Shown here one piece after another: positions 1 through 10,457 of a stretch of 64,000 bases of DNA; position 1 is the first letter of the stretch, and the number at the start of each line of letters is the position of its first letter. The position numbers and the translations under genes are program-made. The notes below the pieces were generated by a model, which was not told the DNA's origin, did no database searches, and was given only the letters and a program-made list of their open reading frames with translations. Source of the stretch: an uncultured cyanobacterium (GTDB taxonomy: Bacteria; Cyanobacteriota; Cyanobacteriia; Cyanobacteriales; Nostocaceae); assembly GCA_963740315.1 (NCBI GenBank), contig CAVUDP010000003.1, positions 384,001-448,000 on the forward strand, written 5' to 3'.

Positions 1-339
1 AACTCGAATAGTTTCTCGTAGATGCTCTGGATTACCGTTACGAACCCAGCTTTGATTGGGGCGCATCAAACCGCCTTTTGTGGCGACAACAATATTACTT
101 GTATCGCCGTCGTAAGTTTGCAAAGCTTTGTGAATCAACCGCTCGTTATGATGCTTGTCCGATTCATCTTTACAGTAAGAGTCGGCAGTGTCAATAAAGG
201 TAATGCCCAAATCCAAGGCACGATGAATGACATTTATCGATTGCGATTCTGGAGGGCGATCGTAAACTGACATCGGCATTCCACCCAAACCAATCGCGCT
301 TACAGATACACCGCTTTTCCCAATCTGTGTCGTTTCCAT
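1..339 (-). CDS. Aldo/keto reductase, 5' part (runs off window start; not in ORF track)
   Basis: Manual minus-strand translation from ATG at 339: METTQIGKSGVSVSAIGLGGMPMS...ALDLGITFIDTADSY...VVATKGG, containing the AKR GLG, DTADxY and ATK motifs. Confidence 0.9.
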   Translation of the reverse strand, partial: METTQIGKSGVSVSAIGLGGMPMSVYDRPPESQSINVIHRALDLGITFIDTADSYCKDESDKHHNERLIHKALQTYDGDTSNIVVATKGGLMRPNQSWVRNGNPEHLRETIRV

Positions 340-653
340 ATTTATAATTAAAATCCCCAGCGCCATTACCGATTTAACAGGTCAAGCAGGGGTTTAGAAA
401 CCATCCTTTGGCTATAGTTTTACATTTTCGTTACAATAAATTCCCCCTTTAACTTTTTACCTGGGGAAGATGACAAAAAAGACACAATGTCCTGTGCGAT
501 CGCTTGATGGAGGGGGGTAGGACTATCAGTCCTTGTTACAGATTTTAACTCTAGACAGAGTATTTAAACCACTAGTTTCCGTTGATTTATCTTATAACAT
601 AATAAGAAACTAACAAATTAATTATAAATCTAATAAGTGTTTACACTGCAATT

Positions 654-1571
654 ATGTTAAAAATTTACACTAAGTTTTCTCCGAGTTTATTAAAATGCAA
701 ACCAAGTTTATTTTTAAGTCTTTTTTTAGGAAGTTTAATTTTCACAAGTTGCGCGTCACAGTCTTATGACAAAAGTTATAGCGAGCCGCAGGGCATATCA
801 TCTGATGCAGTTGAAGTTGCAGATGTTGCTCAAAACCAACCGTTACCTCAAAAAAAGCCGCAGCTAATTAAAAAAGCGAGAATTACGGTAATTGTTAAGT
901 CTTTAGATAAAAGCGTTGATGCTGTAGAAAAAGTCATTAATCAACAAAAAGGCTATTTGCTTAGTTTAGAAGAAACACAACTTGATGATTCCTCCAAACG
1001 TGCTAACGCTACAGTTCAAATGCGAGTACCACAAAACCTTTTGGAAACAACTCTCAATCAATTAAGCGAATTGGGAACCGTACAAAGTCGCAGTATTAGC
1101 GCTGAAGATGTCGGCGAACAAATAGTTGATTTTCAAGCAAGATTGAGCAATTTACGCAGAACCGAAACTAATTTACAGAAAATTATGGATAAATCCGGTT
1201 CTGTCAAAGATATTTTAAGCGTTGCTCAAGAGCTTAGTAAGGTACGAGAACAAATTGAACGGATTACCGCTCAACTTAAAAACTTGCAAAGCCAAGTTGC
1301 TTATTCCACAATTACATTAAATTTAGAAGCTGCGGTTTCCAGTACTAGCAATCAACCTGGATTACCGTCACAAATTCAAGATGCCCTTCATAATTCCACT
1401 AATTCCTTCGGTGCATTTACCGTATCATTGATGAAATTAGGTATTTGGTTACTCGTATACAGTCCCTATTTAATAATTGTGGTTGCCGCTGCCTATTTTC
1501 TCAAACGTAGATTTCGTACTTCACCACGTTTAGGGCAAACTCCGCGATCGACGAATTCTGATAATAGTTAA
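654..1571 (+). CDS. DUF4349-family lipoprotein
   Basis: Lipobox-like FTSC, 'AEDVGEQIVDFQARLSNL' coiled segment, 'VAYSTITL', C-terminal TM helix. Confidence 0.8.
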   Translation: MLKIYTKFSPSLLKCKPSLFLSLFLGSLIFTSCASQSYDKSYSEPQGISSDAVEVADVAQNQPLPQKKPQLIKKARITVIVKSLDKSVDAVEKVINQQKGYLLSLEETQLDDSSKRANATVQMRVPQNLLETTLNQLSELGTVQSRSISAEDVGEQIVDFQARLSNLRRTETNLQKIMDKSGSVKDILSVAQELSKVREQIERITAQLKNLQSQVAYSTITLNLEAAVSSTSNQPGLPSQIQDALHNSTNSFGAFTVSLMKLGIWLLVYSPYLIIVVAAAYFLKRRFRTSPRLGQTPRSTNSDNS

Positions 1572-1577
1572 TTGTAT

Positions 1578-1620
1578 TGGGCATGGGGCATGGAGCATGG
1601 GGAATTGAGAATTGGGAATT
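1578..1620. repeat. STRR-like heptamer repeats (GGGGCAT, GGGAATT)
   Basis: gggcatggggcatggagcatggggaattgagaattgggaatt directly after the stop codon. Confidence 0.7.
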
Positions 1621-1904
1621 AAAACCAATTAAATTAATATATTTTGATTTTTCAATTGCGAATTGTTTTAACAAATTAATTTTTGTGACCAATGTAATTT
1701 TATCAGCTTATTTAATGATGCAGAGAGATAAACTAGGTATCTCAAAGATATCGGGTTTTTAAAAGGATGTGTTTCTTAGAAGAATGCCTTCTTAGACTTT
1801 TATCAAATAAGAAACATTCCGGAGATATTTTCAAAAGTATTGAAACCTTCGATAATTTCCTGGGTCGAAAAAATAATAGTTAAAGTAAAAAAATATAAAT
1901 AAAT

Positions 1905-2128
1905 GCCCTATGCCCTATGTCCCCTTCGGGTATCTCCTATGTCCTTCGGACACGCTGCGCTAACGGAGACGCCCTCGCCGCACGCCCTCGCCGCACCTAG
2001 CGGTGAACGCGTGTATCGCCTTTCAGGCGACGCAAGCCTTACTCGCGGCACGACTCGTTAGAGTAACGCTAACGCCACTTCTCTCGTACTGCGGGAGACG
2101 ACCCACAAGAGTGGACTCAATATGCCCA
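1905..2128. repeat. GC-rich cluster of nested small palindromic dispersed repeats
   Basis: GC-rich patch with hairpins (cccttcggg, tgtccttcggaca, tcgcctttcaggcga) and a duplicated acgccctcgccgc, set between tgccc(t)a heptamers. Confidence 0.6.
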
Positions 2129-2244
2129 TTTCTACTCATAAAAGTTTATAAAACCATAAAATAATCTGAGGTTTGTACTTTTTATCACGAAATAATGACC
2201 TTTAGGAATGCCAAGATATGTGTTAGCACAAGCGTATCCGAACT

Positions 2245-3774
2245 ATGCCAGAATTACGCCAATCAATCGCTCAGCATTACCACGAACGCACTAAGTATGA
2301 CCCAGAAACTATTAAAGCTAAAAATAAAGGCTTGGACTGGGCTAAACAACCCGTACCGTTTAAAGAGTACAAAATTGGTTCTCAGATCGATTTAAAACCT
2401 TATATCAAAGAAAAACTGCATCCCTCGGATAATACAGAAGCGCAATGGTGGCAAAGACTTTCTCGATTGCTGTTTTGCAGCTATGGTTTGACTGCGAGAA
2501 TGCCTTCGATGGGAAATACTGTGTACCTGCGTGCAGCACCTTCTGCGGGAGGTTTGTACCCAGCGGAGATGTATTTGCTCAGCCGGGGTACGTCACTTTT
2601 GCCTCCTGGTTTGTACAATTATCAATGCCGAACTCATTCCCTGATGCATTATTGGGAAAGTGATGTTTGGCAAAAATTGCAGTCAGCTTGTTTGGGAAAT
2701 TCTTCCTTAGAAAACACCGATCTAGCAATTGTCATCACTTCTGTTTTTTACCGCTCAGCTTGGCGCTATGAAGATAGGGCTTACCGGCGGATTTTCCTTG
2801 ATTCGGGACACCTTATAGGCAATATCGAATTAGCTGGCGCACTCACTGGCTATCGTCCCCATCTAATCGGCGGTTTTGTTGATGATGATGTTAACGAACT
2901 ACTTTACATCGACTCCAAACTTGAAGGCGCGATCGCAGTTGTTGGTTTGGATGATTTACAAGGTATGAAGCAAAATTCTCCTATTGCGCGTACTGCTTTA
3001 CCTTCGGCGACCGAAACTGATTATCCACAAATTCCTGACGGACAACTGCTCGATTATTTTCATTCGGCTACGCAGATTCAGCCCGGTACTACTGCTAAAT
3101 TAAATTTACCCGAAGCAAATCTTGATAAGTCGATTGACGACAAATATAACTTTAGTTTCTGCGATAAACTTTCTACCGTTACCAAACCCATTTCCTGGGG
3201 TGAAAACCTCGAACAGCTAGAAGAAACAATTCTCAAACGTCGTTCCACTCGTGCTTTTAGCGGTGATACATTGCAATTTGATGAGTTAAAAGCTTTATTA
3301 GATTTCACTTATCAACCTCAAAATTACGTCAACCAAAATTTAGATAATTCTCCAGACTATTTCGATTTAAATCTAATCGAAACCTTCATTGCTGTTTCTG
3401 GAGTGGAAGGTTTAGAAAGAGGTTGTTACTACTACGCCCCCAAAGCCCAAGAATTGCGACAAATACGGTTTAAAAACTTCCGAAGAGAATTACATTTCCT
3501 TTGTTTGGGACAAGACTTAGGAAGAGATGCGGCTGCGGTAATTTTCCATACTGCCGACCTCAAAAACGCTGTTGCTCAATACGGCGATCGCGTTTACCGC
3601 TATTTGCATATGGATGCCGGACATTTGGGGCAGAGACTGAATTTAAGTGCAATCCATTTAGGTTTAGGCGTTAGCGGTATTGGTGGATTTTTTGATGACA
3701 AAGTAAATGAAGTTCTCGGCATTCCTACAGACGAAGCAGTACTGTACATAACTACTTTAGGAAGACCCAGATAA
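2245..3774 (+). CDS. SagB/ThcOx-family nitroreductase-fold dehydrogenase (two domains)
   Basis: 'RAAPSAGGLYPAE', 'RRSTR', 'RYEDRAYR..DSGH' and 'YGDRVYR..DAGH'. Confidence 0.85.
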   Translation: MPELRQSIAQHYHERTKYDPETIKAKNKGLDWAKQPVPFKEYKIGSQIDLKPYIKEKLHPSDNTEAQWWQRLSRLLFCSYGLTARMPSMGNTVYLRAAPSAGGLYPAEMYLLSRGTSLLPPGLYNYQCRTHSLMHYWESDVWQKLQSACLGNSSLENTDLAIVITSVFYRSAWRYEDRAYRRIFLDSGHLIGNIELAGALTGYRPHLIGGFVDDDVNELLYIDSKLEGAIAVVGLDDLQGMKQNSPIARTALPSATETDYPQIPDGQLLDYFHSATQIQPGTTAKLNLPEANLDKSIDDKYNFSFCDKLSTVTKPISWGENLEQLEETILKRRSTRAFSGDTLQFDELKALLDFTYQPQNYVNQNLDNSPDYFDLNLIETFIAVSGVEGLERGCYYYAPKAQELRQIRFKNFRRELHFLCLGQDLGRDAAAVIFHTADLKNAVAQYGDRVYRYLHMDAGHLGQRLNLSAIHLGLGVSGIGGFFDDKVNEVLGIPTDEAVLYITTLGRPR

Positions 3775-4357
3775 ATCTAGCTGTGATGGAGGAGTATTTA
3801 CGCCGATTCTTTGTAAATTTAAGTTTAATATTTGGTTAATAATTAGCAACAAATATAAAGGCTTTTTATTATATCGTTAAGTAATATTAATATGAACCTT
3901 TATTAAGAATCGGTATTCTCTCCATAAGGCGATCGCAAACAAAACAAAATTCACACTTTAACGCGATCGAACCGTTAAAATACTTATATTTAAGATAATT
4001 CTCTAACAATGAAAGTTTGAGGTAACAAGAAACGGGACAAAGCAAAATAGCTTTAGATCGCGCCGAATAACTACTGAAATCGAACGATAGAATGGTTAAT
4101 ATTAAAATTGGACTGAAAATTTATTTACACAGAAGTAGGTGAAATAGCCTTTTGCTCTTGTAACGCTTATCAATTCATTAATAAAACTTTTTCAACATAA
4201 CACAATATGAATATTCCTTGTAGTAGATGCGTAATCGTAAAGTCTTTTGTTAGTGGAATTATCACCGTATATTCACATAGATTCCTTAAATTAGTTTTAT
4301 TAATATCCACAAAACAGACATTTTTGAGTTATAACCTTTAAAATGAATTGTCAACCT

Positions 4358-4400
4358 GTAATATTACTTACCCAACTTCCGTTAATATCAGTTTTATAAT
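4358..4400 (+). promoter_or_regulatory. Putative NtcA-activated class II promoter
   Basis: GTA-ATATTACT-TAC (4358-4371), 23-nt spacer, then TATAAT (4395-4400); matches the GTA-N8-TAC-N22/23-TAN3T consensus. Confidence 0.55.
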
Positions 4401-4607
4401 CGGCAGCCAAAGCCTTCTTTGCACTAATTGCTAATAAAGGAATATTCCCGAACAATTAGCAAATATGCTGAATACTGTATGTGGCATACGTGAAGTTCCA
4501 CAGAATATTACTTAAAACCATTTGCATTCAAGGATTAACAATCCCTCAATTTATCTCGCTCTCGTAATAAATCAAAAAATTATCTGCTTTGACATTTAGA
4601 GGTATCA

Positions 4608-5369
4608 ATGACAATTAATAGTTTTACTGAAGCAAGAAGACCAAGAAGACCAGTTAAACAGCAACTGGAATATCAAAGACCAGAATATCAACGACCAAAT
4701 TTGATAGTTCCTGATGTTCCACCTGTGCCCAATGTTCCTGACGACTACATGGAAACACCAGAGATTGGTGCGGATGGGAGTATTTTCACTTGTCCCAATC
4801 GCGGTAGAGTGGCAATTTTCATCGATGGTGCAAATTTATTTTATGCAGCATTGCAGCTTGGGATTGAAATTAACTATGCCAAACTACTGAGCTGCTTGGC
4901 GAAAGATTCAAAATTGTTGCGTGCATTCTTCTACACGGGAGTAGATCCAACTAACGAAAAACAGCAGGGTTTTTTGTTGTGGATGCGTCGGAATGGCTAT
5001 CGCGTCATCACCAAGGATTTAGTACAGTTCCCAGATGGTTCTAAAAAAGCCAACCTTGATGTTGAAATTGCTGTAGACATGATGAACTTAGCCCCTTACT
5101 ACGACACTGCGGTGTTAGTAAGCGGTGATGGCGATTTAGCTTATGCAGTAAATGCAGTCTCCTATCAAGGTTCCAGAGTAGAAGTAGTTAGCTTGCGCTC
5201 AATGACAAGTGAAAGCTTAATTGATGTTGCCGACTGCTTCGTAGATTTAGACACAATCAAAAAACACATTCAAAAAGAATCAGATTCAGAGTACAGCTAT
5301 AGACCGTTATCAAATTTTGACATACACCCACCAATTCATGCCGAACAACCACATTACCCAAAATCATAA
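4608..5369 (+). CDS. NYN-domain (LabA/DUF88) protein
   Basis: 'VAIFIDGANLFY', 'KANLDVEIAVDM', 'LVSGDGDL' PIN-like acidic motifs. Confidence 0.9.
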   Translation: MTINSFTEARRPRRPVKQQLEYQRPEYQRPNLIVPDVPPVPNVPDDYMETPEIGADGSIFTCPNRGRVAIFIDGANLFYAALQLGIEINYAKLLSCLAKDSKLLRAFFYTGVDPTNEKQQGFLLWMRRNGYRVITKDLVQFPDGSKKANLDVEIAVDMMNLAPYYDTAVLVSGDGDLAYAVNAVSYQGSRVEVVSLRSMTSESLIDVADCFVDLDTIKKHIQKESDSEYSYRPLSNFDIHPPIHAEQPHYPKS

Positions 5370-5400
5370 TTAATAATTCGTGATTCGTAGTTATGAAGCA

Positions 5401-5626
5401 ATTTTAGGTTTTAGATTTTAGATTTTGGATTGAAACTCAAAGGGCTTTAAGACTATAGCGGAATTGCCAAACTAAAATCTTGAAGCCTTTGGATTTACAG
5501 CAAATTTCATTTTGATTAAGTACAATTGTACGGGCAAAGATGCTTATTTTTGTATTTGATTTAACTGGATGCTGTATCCATAGATTTAATCCAAAATCCA
5601 AAATTTAAAATCCAAAATCCAAAATC
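5401..5626. repeat. Inverted STRR arrays (TTTTAGA/TTTTGGA facing TCCAAAA)
   Basis: attttaggttttagattttagattttggatt at ~5401-5431 and aatccaaaatccaaaatttaaaatccaaaatccaaaat at ~5588-5626, between convergent genes. Confidence 0.7.
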
Positions 5627-5661
5627 GAATTGAGTCACAATTGCGAATCGCGATTTGTAAA

Positions 5662-7266
5662 TTATGAGGCAGGTATTTCTAGGCTGTAGAGGGTTTTTCC
5701 TATCTTATTATGCAGTGCAACGCTCATAACTTTGGTTTGAGAATTGATTTTGACCGTACCAAAAAACTGCAAACCATCTTTTGGGGATCTATTTGGTTTC
5801 ATTGTTGAATCCACGCTTTGAAACTTAACTTGCGGACCAAAAGTATTATCTAGCTGATTTGGTCCGAAAGTACCAGAATTCAAAGGACCGGCGACAAACT
5901 CCCAAAATGGTGTAAATTCGGTAAACTGTGCCTTGTTGGGGTCGTAATAATGGGCTGCTGCATAATGTACGTCAGCAGTTAACCATACCACATTGCGGAT
6001 ATTTTTCTGTTTAATAAAACGCAATAAATCGGCAATCTCTAATTCACGCCCCAACGGCACACCATCACCGTTAGATGCATTTTCAAAATTGGTTTTACCA
6101 TCTTTAACTAACAACCCGATGGGCATATCCGAAGCAACAACTTTCCAAGTAGCAGTTGAATTTAATAACTGATTTTTCAACCAACTTAGTTGATAATTAC
6201 CCAAAAACGCCGTTTCTGCACTTGCTTGAGGCTGACGATTAGCTGAATTAGCTCCTCGGTAGCTGCGTTCGTCTAACATGAAAACTTCTAAATTAGACCC
6301 ATATTTATAAGAACGATAAATTTGTTCTGGGTCATTATAGTTAAAGCGTATGGGTGTATATTCCATAAACGCTTGTTTCGCTCTGGCTGCTAGTAAAGAA
6401 ACGCTTTTAACTTTGTAGCGATCGTCCTCATCTAACATTTTGCCGGGATACCAATTATTAACGGTTTCGTGGTCATCCCACTGCACCAACTGCGGAACTT
6501 CAGCATTAAACCGCTTCACATTTTCATCAAGCAAATTATAAACATAATTACCGCGAAACTCCTGTAAAGTTTCCGCAACCTTGGACTTTTCCGGGGTAAC
6601 AATATTCTTCCAAATACTGCCGTCATCCAACTTCACCGTACTCTCAATTGGAACATCGGCGTAGATATAATCACCAGAGTGAATAAAAAAATCCGGTTTT
6701 AATTGCCGAATTGTTTCGTAGATTTTCATACCGCCAAAGTCTGGATTAATACCCCAACCTTGTCCGGCAGTGTCTCCAGACCATGCAAAAAAGATATCGC
6801 CGTTTTGTGCGGGAGTGCGTAAATTACCCACAGATGGGGCGCTGTAAGTATTGATATCGGCTAAATCCTGAAAAATCACGCGGTAAAAAAGTTGCTCTCC
6901 ACTTGGTAAATTACTTAAATTGACTCGCGCTGTAAAATCGCTAACTTCCAAAGCCGCAGGACCAATTACCCGTTTTGCATCCTTGAAAGATTCATTTGTG
7001 GCATAATCAACAATCATTCGAGCCGGTTTATCGCTACGACTCCAAATAACCGCGCTATTTGAGTTAATATCGCCGCTAGCAACACCATAAGGTATTTTTG
7101 GACGCATTTTATTCGATGTGATAATAGCTGGTGCTTGAGCAAAACTTTTATTTTGTAAAAACTTCGTGGCAATGATTCCAGAAGTTGCGATAGCGAAGCG
7201 CTGCTGCAAGCAGAACGCGCTACCTATTAAAAAGCGGCGGCGAGATTGTGAGAAGTTGGGATTCAT
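5662..7266 (-). CDS. phoD: Alkaline phosphatase D, Tat-exported
   Basis: Tat motif SRRRFL, 'GVASGD', 'HSGDYIYAD', 'WDDHE', 'TADVH'. Confidence 0.92.
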   Translation of the reverse strand: MNPNFSQSRRRFLIGSAFCLQQRFAIATSGIIATKFLQNKSFAQAPAIITSNKMRPKIPYGVASGDINSNSAVIWSRSDKPARMIVDYATNESFKDAKRVIGPAALEVSDFTARVNLSNLPSGEQLFYRVIFQDLADINTYSAPSVGNLRTPAQNGDIFFAWSGDTAGQGWGINPDFGGMKIYETIRQLKPDFFIHSGDYIYADVPIESTVKLDDGSIWKNIVTPEKSKVAETLQEFRGNYVYNLLDENVKRFNAEVPQLVQWDDHETVNNWYPGKMLDEDDRYKVKSVSLLAARAKQAFMEYTPIRFNYNDPEQIYRSYKYGSNLEVFMLDERSYRGANSANRQPQASAETAFLGNYQLSWLKNQLLNSTATWKVVASDMPIGLLVKDGKTNFENASNGDGVPLGRELEIADLLRFIKQKNIRNVVWLTADVHYAAAHYYDPNKAQFTEFTPFWEFVAGPLNSGTFGPNQLDNTFGPQVKFQSVDSTMKPNRSPKDGLQFFGTVKINSQTKVMSVALHNKIGKTLYSLEIPAS

Positions 7267-7459
7267 TTTTAGTAATTATTGTTGAGTACAAAATCATTTT
7301 TTTGCCTACATTCTCGCTTATGAAATAATTTTCCGCAATTTTACCCAAATTAATTTAGATAATTGTTGACATACTTAAAATATCTGGCGCTTTGTTACCG
7401 CATCTACACAAGCAAAACCCACCTGCGTGGGTTTAATAAAATTTTCATAAATAAATATA

Positions 7460-8911
7460 ATGACAAATCAAATATTACAAGAAAGGTACGAAATTCAAAG
7501 TCAATTAGGAAAAAATCCCGGACGAAAAACTCTGTTAGCAAAAGATTTAGAAACTCAAGAATTAGTAGTTGTTAAATTACTTAACTTTGATGCTGAATTT
7601 AAATGGCAAGATTTAAAGTTATTTGAAAGAGAAGCGCAAATTCTTCAAGAACTTTCACATCCAGCTATTCCGAATTATCTCGATTCTTTTGAAGTTGATT
7701 TACCAGATATTAAAGGTTTTGGTTTAGTACAAAATTATATCCCTGCCAAATCTTTAGAAGAACATTTGCAATCGGGACGTAGTTTTAGCGAAACAGATGT
7801 CAAGCAAATCGCCAAAGCATTATTAGAAGTCTTGAATTATCTCCATTCCAGACAACCTGCTGTTATTCACCGAGATATTAAACCCAGCAATATTTTATTA
7901 GGAAATCGCTCTGGCAATCATGCTGGTGATGTTTATCTAATCGATTTTGGTGCTGTGAAAACCGCAGCGCAGCAACAAGGTGGAACTATGACTGTAGTTG
8001 GAACTTACGGCTACATGGCTCAAGAACAATTTGGTGGGCGTGCTGTAGCTGCTTCTGATTTATACAGTTTGGGTGCAACTTTGATTTATTTAGTTACTGG
8101 TAGTCATCCCGCTGATTTATTGGGGGATGACATGGTAATTGAATTTGAGGAATCGGTTAATTTGAGTCCTTATTTTATTAAATGGCTGAAAGGGATGACT
8201 CAAACTACTATTAAAAATCGTCCATCTTCAGCAGAAGCAGCGTTAAAAGAGTTGGAAAATCCGACAGTTGTTCAATCGAAGTTAGTAGTTAGTCAGCCGA
8301 AGGGTAGTAAGGTTAAGTTAACAAATAATAAAGATGAATTAGAGATAATAATTCCTTCACCAGGTTTTAGTTTTGAACTTGGAATGATATCTTTATTAAT
8401 GTTTTTTATGCTTTCGGCAATAACATTTATCACAGTATTTACATTCGGATTAATTTTGATAACAGTAGTCCCGATTATTTTTTGGATTGGGGTTATAAGC
8501 GGATGGAAACAAATTTTATTTACGATATTTGGATTAACTCGTATTTATATTAATCAAGAGAAAATTAAAATTACATACGAACTATTTGGTTCAAAATTAT
8601 CTAAACCTGATTCTAGTCCGCGCAATGATATTTGTAAACTGGAAATTGTTGGAAGAACCACACATGAAAATACTATAGGTAAATATGAGATTCCAGCTAG
8701 ATTGATTATTTGGGCTGGAACCCGTAATCATGAACTCGGCACTTTTTTATTAGATAAAGGATGTACGGGATTAAAAATAGATCCTAAATTTCTCACTTCA
8801 CCGGAAATAGATTGGTTAGCTCAAGAATTAAGTGATTTCTTGGATTTACCGATTACTAGAGATTCACTTCGTAGGTTAGCTTCACGGTGCTTGAATAATC
8901 ATGATATTTAA
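7460..8911 (+). CDS. Hanks-type Ser/Thr protein kinase with two TM helices
   Basis: VVVK, HRDIKPSN, DFG, GTYGYMA; hydrophobic segment ~aa 305-360. Confidence 0.92.
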   Translation: MTNQILQERYEIQSQLGKNPGRKTLLAKDLETQELVVVKLLNFDAEFKWQDLKLFEREAQILQELSHPAIPNYLDSFEVDLPDIKGFGLVQNYIPAKSLEEHLQSGRSFSETDVKQIAKALLEVLNYLHSRQPAVIHRDIKPSNILLGNRSGNHAGDVYLIDFGAVKTAAQQQGGTMTVVGTYGYMAQEQFGGRAVAASDLYSLGATLIYLVTGSHPADLLGDDMVIEFEESVNLSPYFIKWLKGMTQTTIKNRPSSAEAALKELENPTVVQSKLVVSQPKGSKVKLTNNKDELEIIIPSPGFSFELGMISLLMFFMLSAITFITVFTFGLILITVVPIIFWIGVISGWKQILFTIFGLTRIYINQEKIKITYELFGSKLSKPDSSPRNDICKLEIVGRTTHENTIGKYEIPARLIIWAGTRNHELGTFLLDKGCTGLKIDPKFLTSPEIDWLAQELSDFLDLPITRDSLRRLASRCLNNHDI

Positions 8912-9062
8912 CAAAAAATTGATATCAGCACCGTAACCCAACGTTCAATTATGGCTATTACGAAATATCTTTATTTATTCACAATGCTGATGTTGGGTTA
9001 CGACACGGTATTTAAACTTGAGTTACAAACTAAATTTCCGAATCGTATCTAAGCCAACCTAC
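8871..9062. repeat. ~190-bp REP/MITE-like palindromic element, copy 1
   Basis: GTAGGTT...AACCTAC ends with internal cgtaacccaac/gttgggttacg; closely related copy at 10454-10646. Confidence 0.75.
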
Positions 9063-9101
9063 GAACGAATAAAAATTTTAAGCAATTAAAACATAAATAT
9101 A

Positions 9102-10457
9102 ATGACAAACCAAATATTACAAGAAAGGTACGAAATTCAAAGCCAATTAGGAAAAAATCCCGGACGAAAAACTCTGCTAGCAAAAGATTTAGAAACTCAA
9201 GAATTAGTAGTTGTTAAATTACTTAACTTTGATGCTGAATTTAAATGGCAAGATTTGAAGTTATTTGAAAGAGAAGCGCAAATTATTCAAGAACTTTCAC
9301 ATCCAGCTATTCCGAATTATCTCGATTCTTTTGAAGTTGATTTACCAGATATTAAAGGTTTTGGTTTAGTACAAAATTATATCCCTGCTAAATCGTTGCA
9401 AGAACATTTGCAATCAGGACGTACTTTTAGCGAAACGGAAATTAAGCAAATTGCCAAAGCTTTATTATCCGTATTAACTTATTTGCATTTGAGACAACCT
9501 GCTGTTATTCACCGCGATATCAAACCCAGCAATATTTTACTAGGCGATCGCTCTGGCAATCATGCTGGTGATGTTTATCTAATCGATTTTGGTGCTGTGA
9601 AAACCGCAGCGCAGCAACAAGGTGGAACTATGACTGTAGTTGGAACTTACGGCTACATGGCTCAAGAACAATTTGGTGGGCGTGCTGTACCTGCTTCCGA
9701 TTTATATAGTTTGGGTGCAACGTTAATTTATTTAGTTACTGGTAGTCATCCTGCGGATTTGTTAGGGGATGAGATGTTGATTGAGTTTGAGGAATCGGTT
9801 AATTTAAGTTCCGATTTTATTAATTGGCTTAAATGGATGACTCAGACTACTTTGAAAAAACGACCAATTTCGGCGGAAGTTGCTTTGGAAGAGTTGGAAA
9901 ATCCGACAATTGTAGAGTCGAAGTTAGTAGTTAGGAAGCCGCAGGGTAGTAAAGTTAAATTGACGAAGGGGAAAGATTATTTAGAAATTTTGAGTCCTCC
10001 TGGCGGCTCTATTTTAATGGCATTAATAGTGTGGCTTTTTTCAATATTTTGGTTTACGATGGCATTGATTACACCCAATTGGTTAACTATTTCTATTGGA
10101 TTTTTAGTAATGTCTACATTGCTATTTAATTCTGTGTTTTCTGTATTTGGCTTTAGTATTCTTCATGTTAATCAAGATGAAATAAAACTTACTAGTAAGC
10201 TATTTGGTATTAAATATAATGTACAAACTGCAAGCCACAGAAGCGATATCAGTAAATTAGAAATTGTTGGTAGGACTATAGATACAACTGCTAAAGGAAA
10301 TCCGGAAATTCCACCGAGATTAATTATTTGGGCTGGTAAACATCAATATGAGCTTAGAAACGCATATTTAACTCCACCGGAAATAGACTGGTTAGCTCAA
10401 GAATTGAGCGATTTCTTGAAGTTACCGATTAGTAGCGATACAGTTAGTAGTTCGTAG
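9102..10457 (+). CDS. Hanks-type Ser/Thr protein kinase, tandem paralogue of 7460-8911
   Basis: Near-identical kinase domain; divergent TM/C-terminal region. Confidence 0.92.
   Translation: MTNQILQERYEIQSQLGKNPGRKTLLAKDLETQELVVVKLLNFDAEFKWQDLKLFEREAQIIQELSHPAIPNYLDSFEVDLPDIKGFGLVQNYIPAKSLQEHLQSGRTFSETEIKQIAKALLSVLTYLHLRQPAVIHRDIKPSNILLGDRSGNHAGDVYLIDFGAVKTAAQQQGGTMTVVGTYGYMAQEQFGGRAVPASDLYSLGATLIYLVTGSHPADLLGDEMLIEFEESVNLSSDFINWLKWMTQTTLKKRPISAEVALEELENPTIVESKLVVRKPQGSKVKLTKGKDYLEILSPPGGSILMALIVWLFSIFWFTMALITPNWLTISIGFLVMSTLLFNSVFSVFGFSILHVNQDEIKLTSKLFGIKYNVQTASHRSDISKLEIVGRTIDTTAKGNPEIPPRLIIWAGKHQYELRNAYLTPPEIDWLAQELSDFLKLPISSDTVSSS

Noticed and set aside
22..270. Plus-strand 82-aa ORF and other short overlapping ORFs (e.g. 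within acs, glgA, slt, WD40)
   Set aside because: Shadow frames of well-supported genes.
2245..3774. RiPP (thiazole/oxazole) biosynthetic cluster
   Set aside because: No YcaO, precursor peptide or transporter nearby; stand-alone SagB-like gene.
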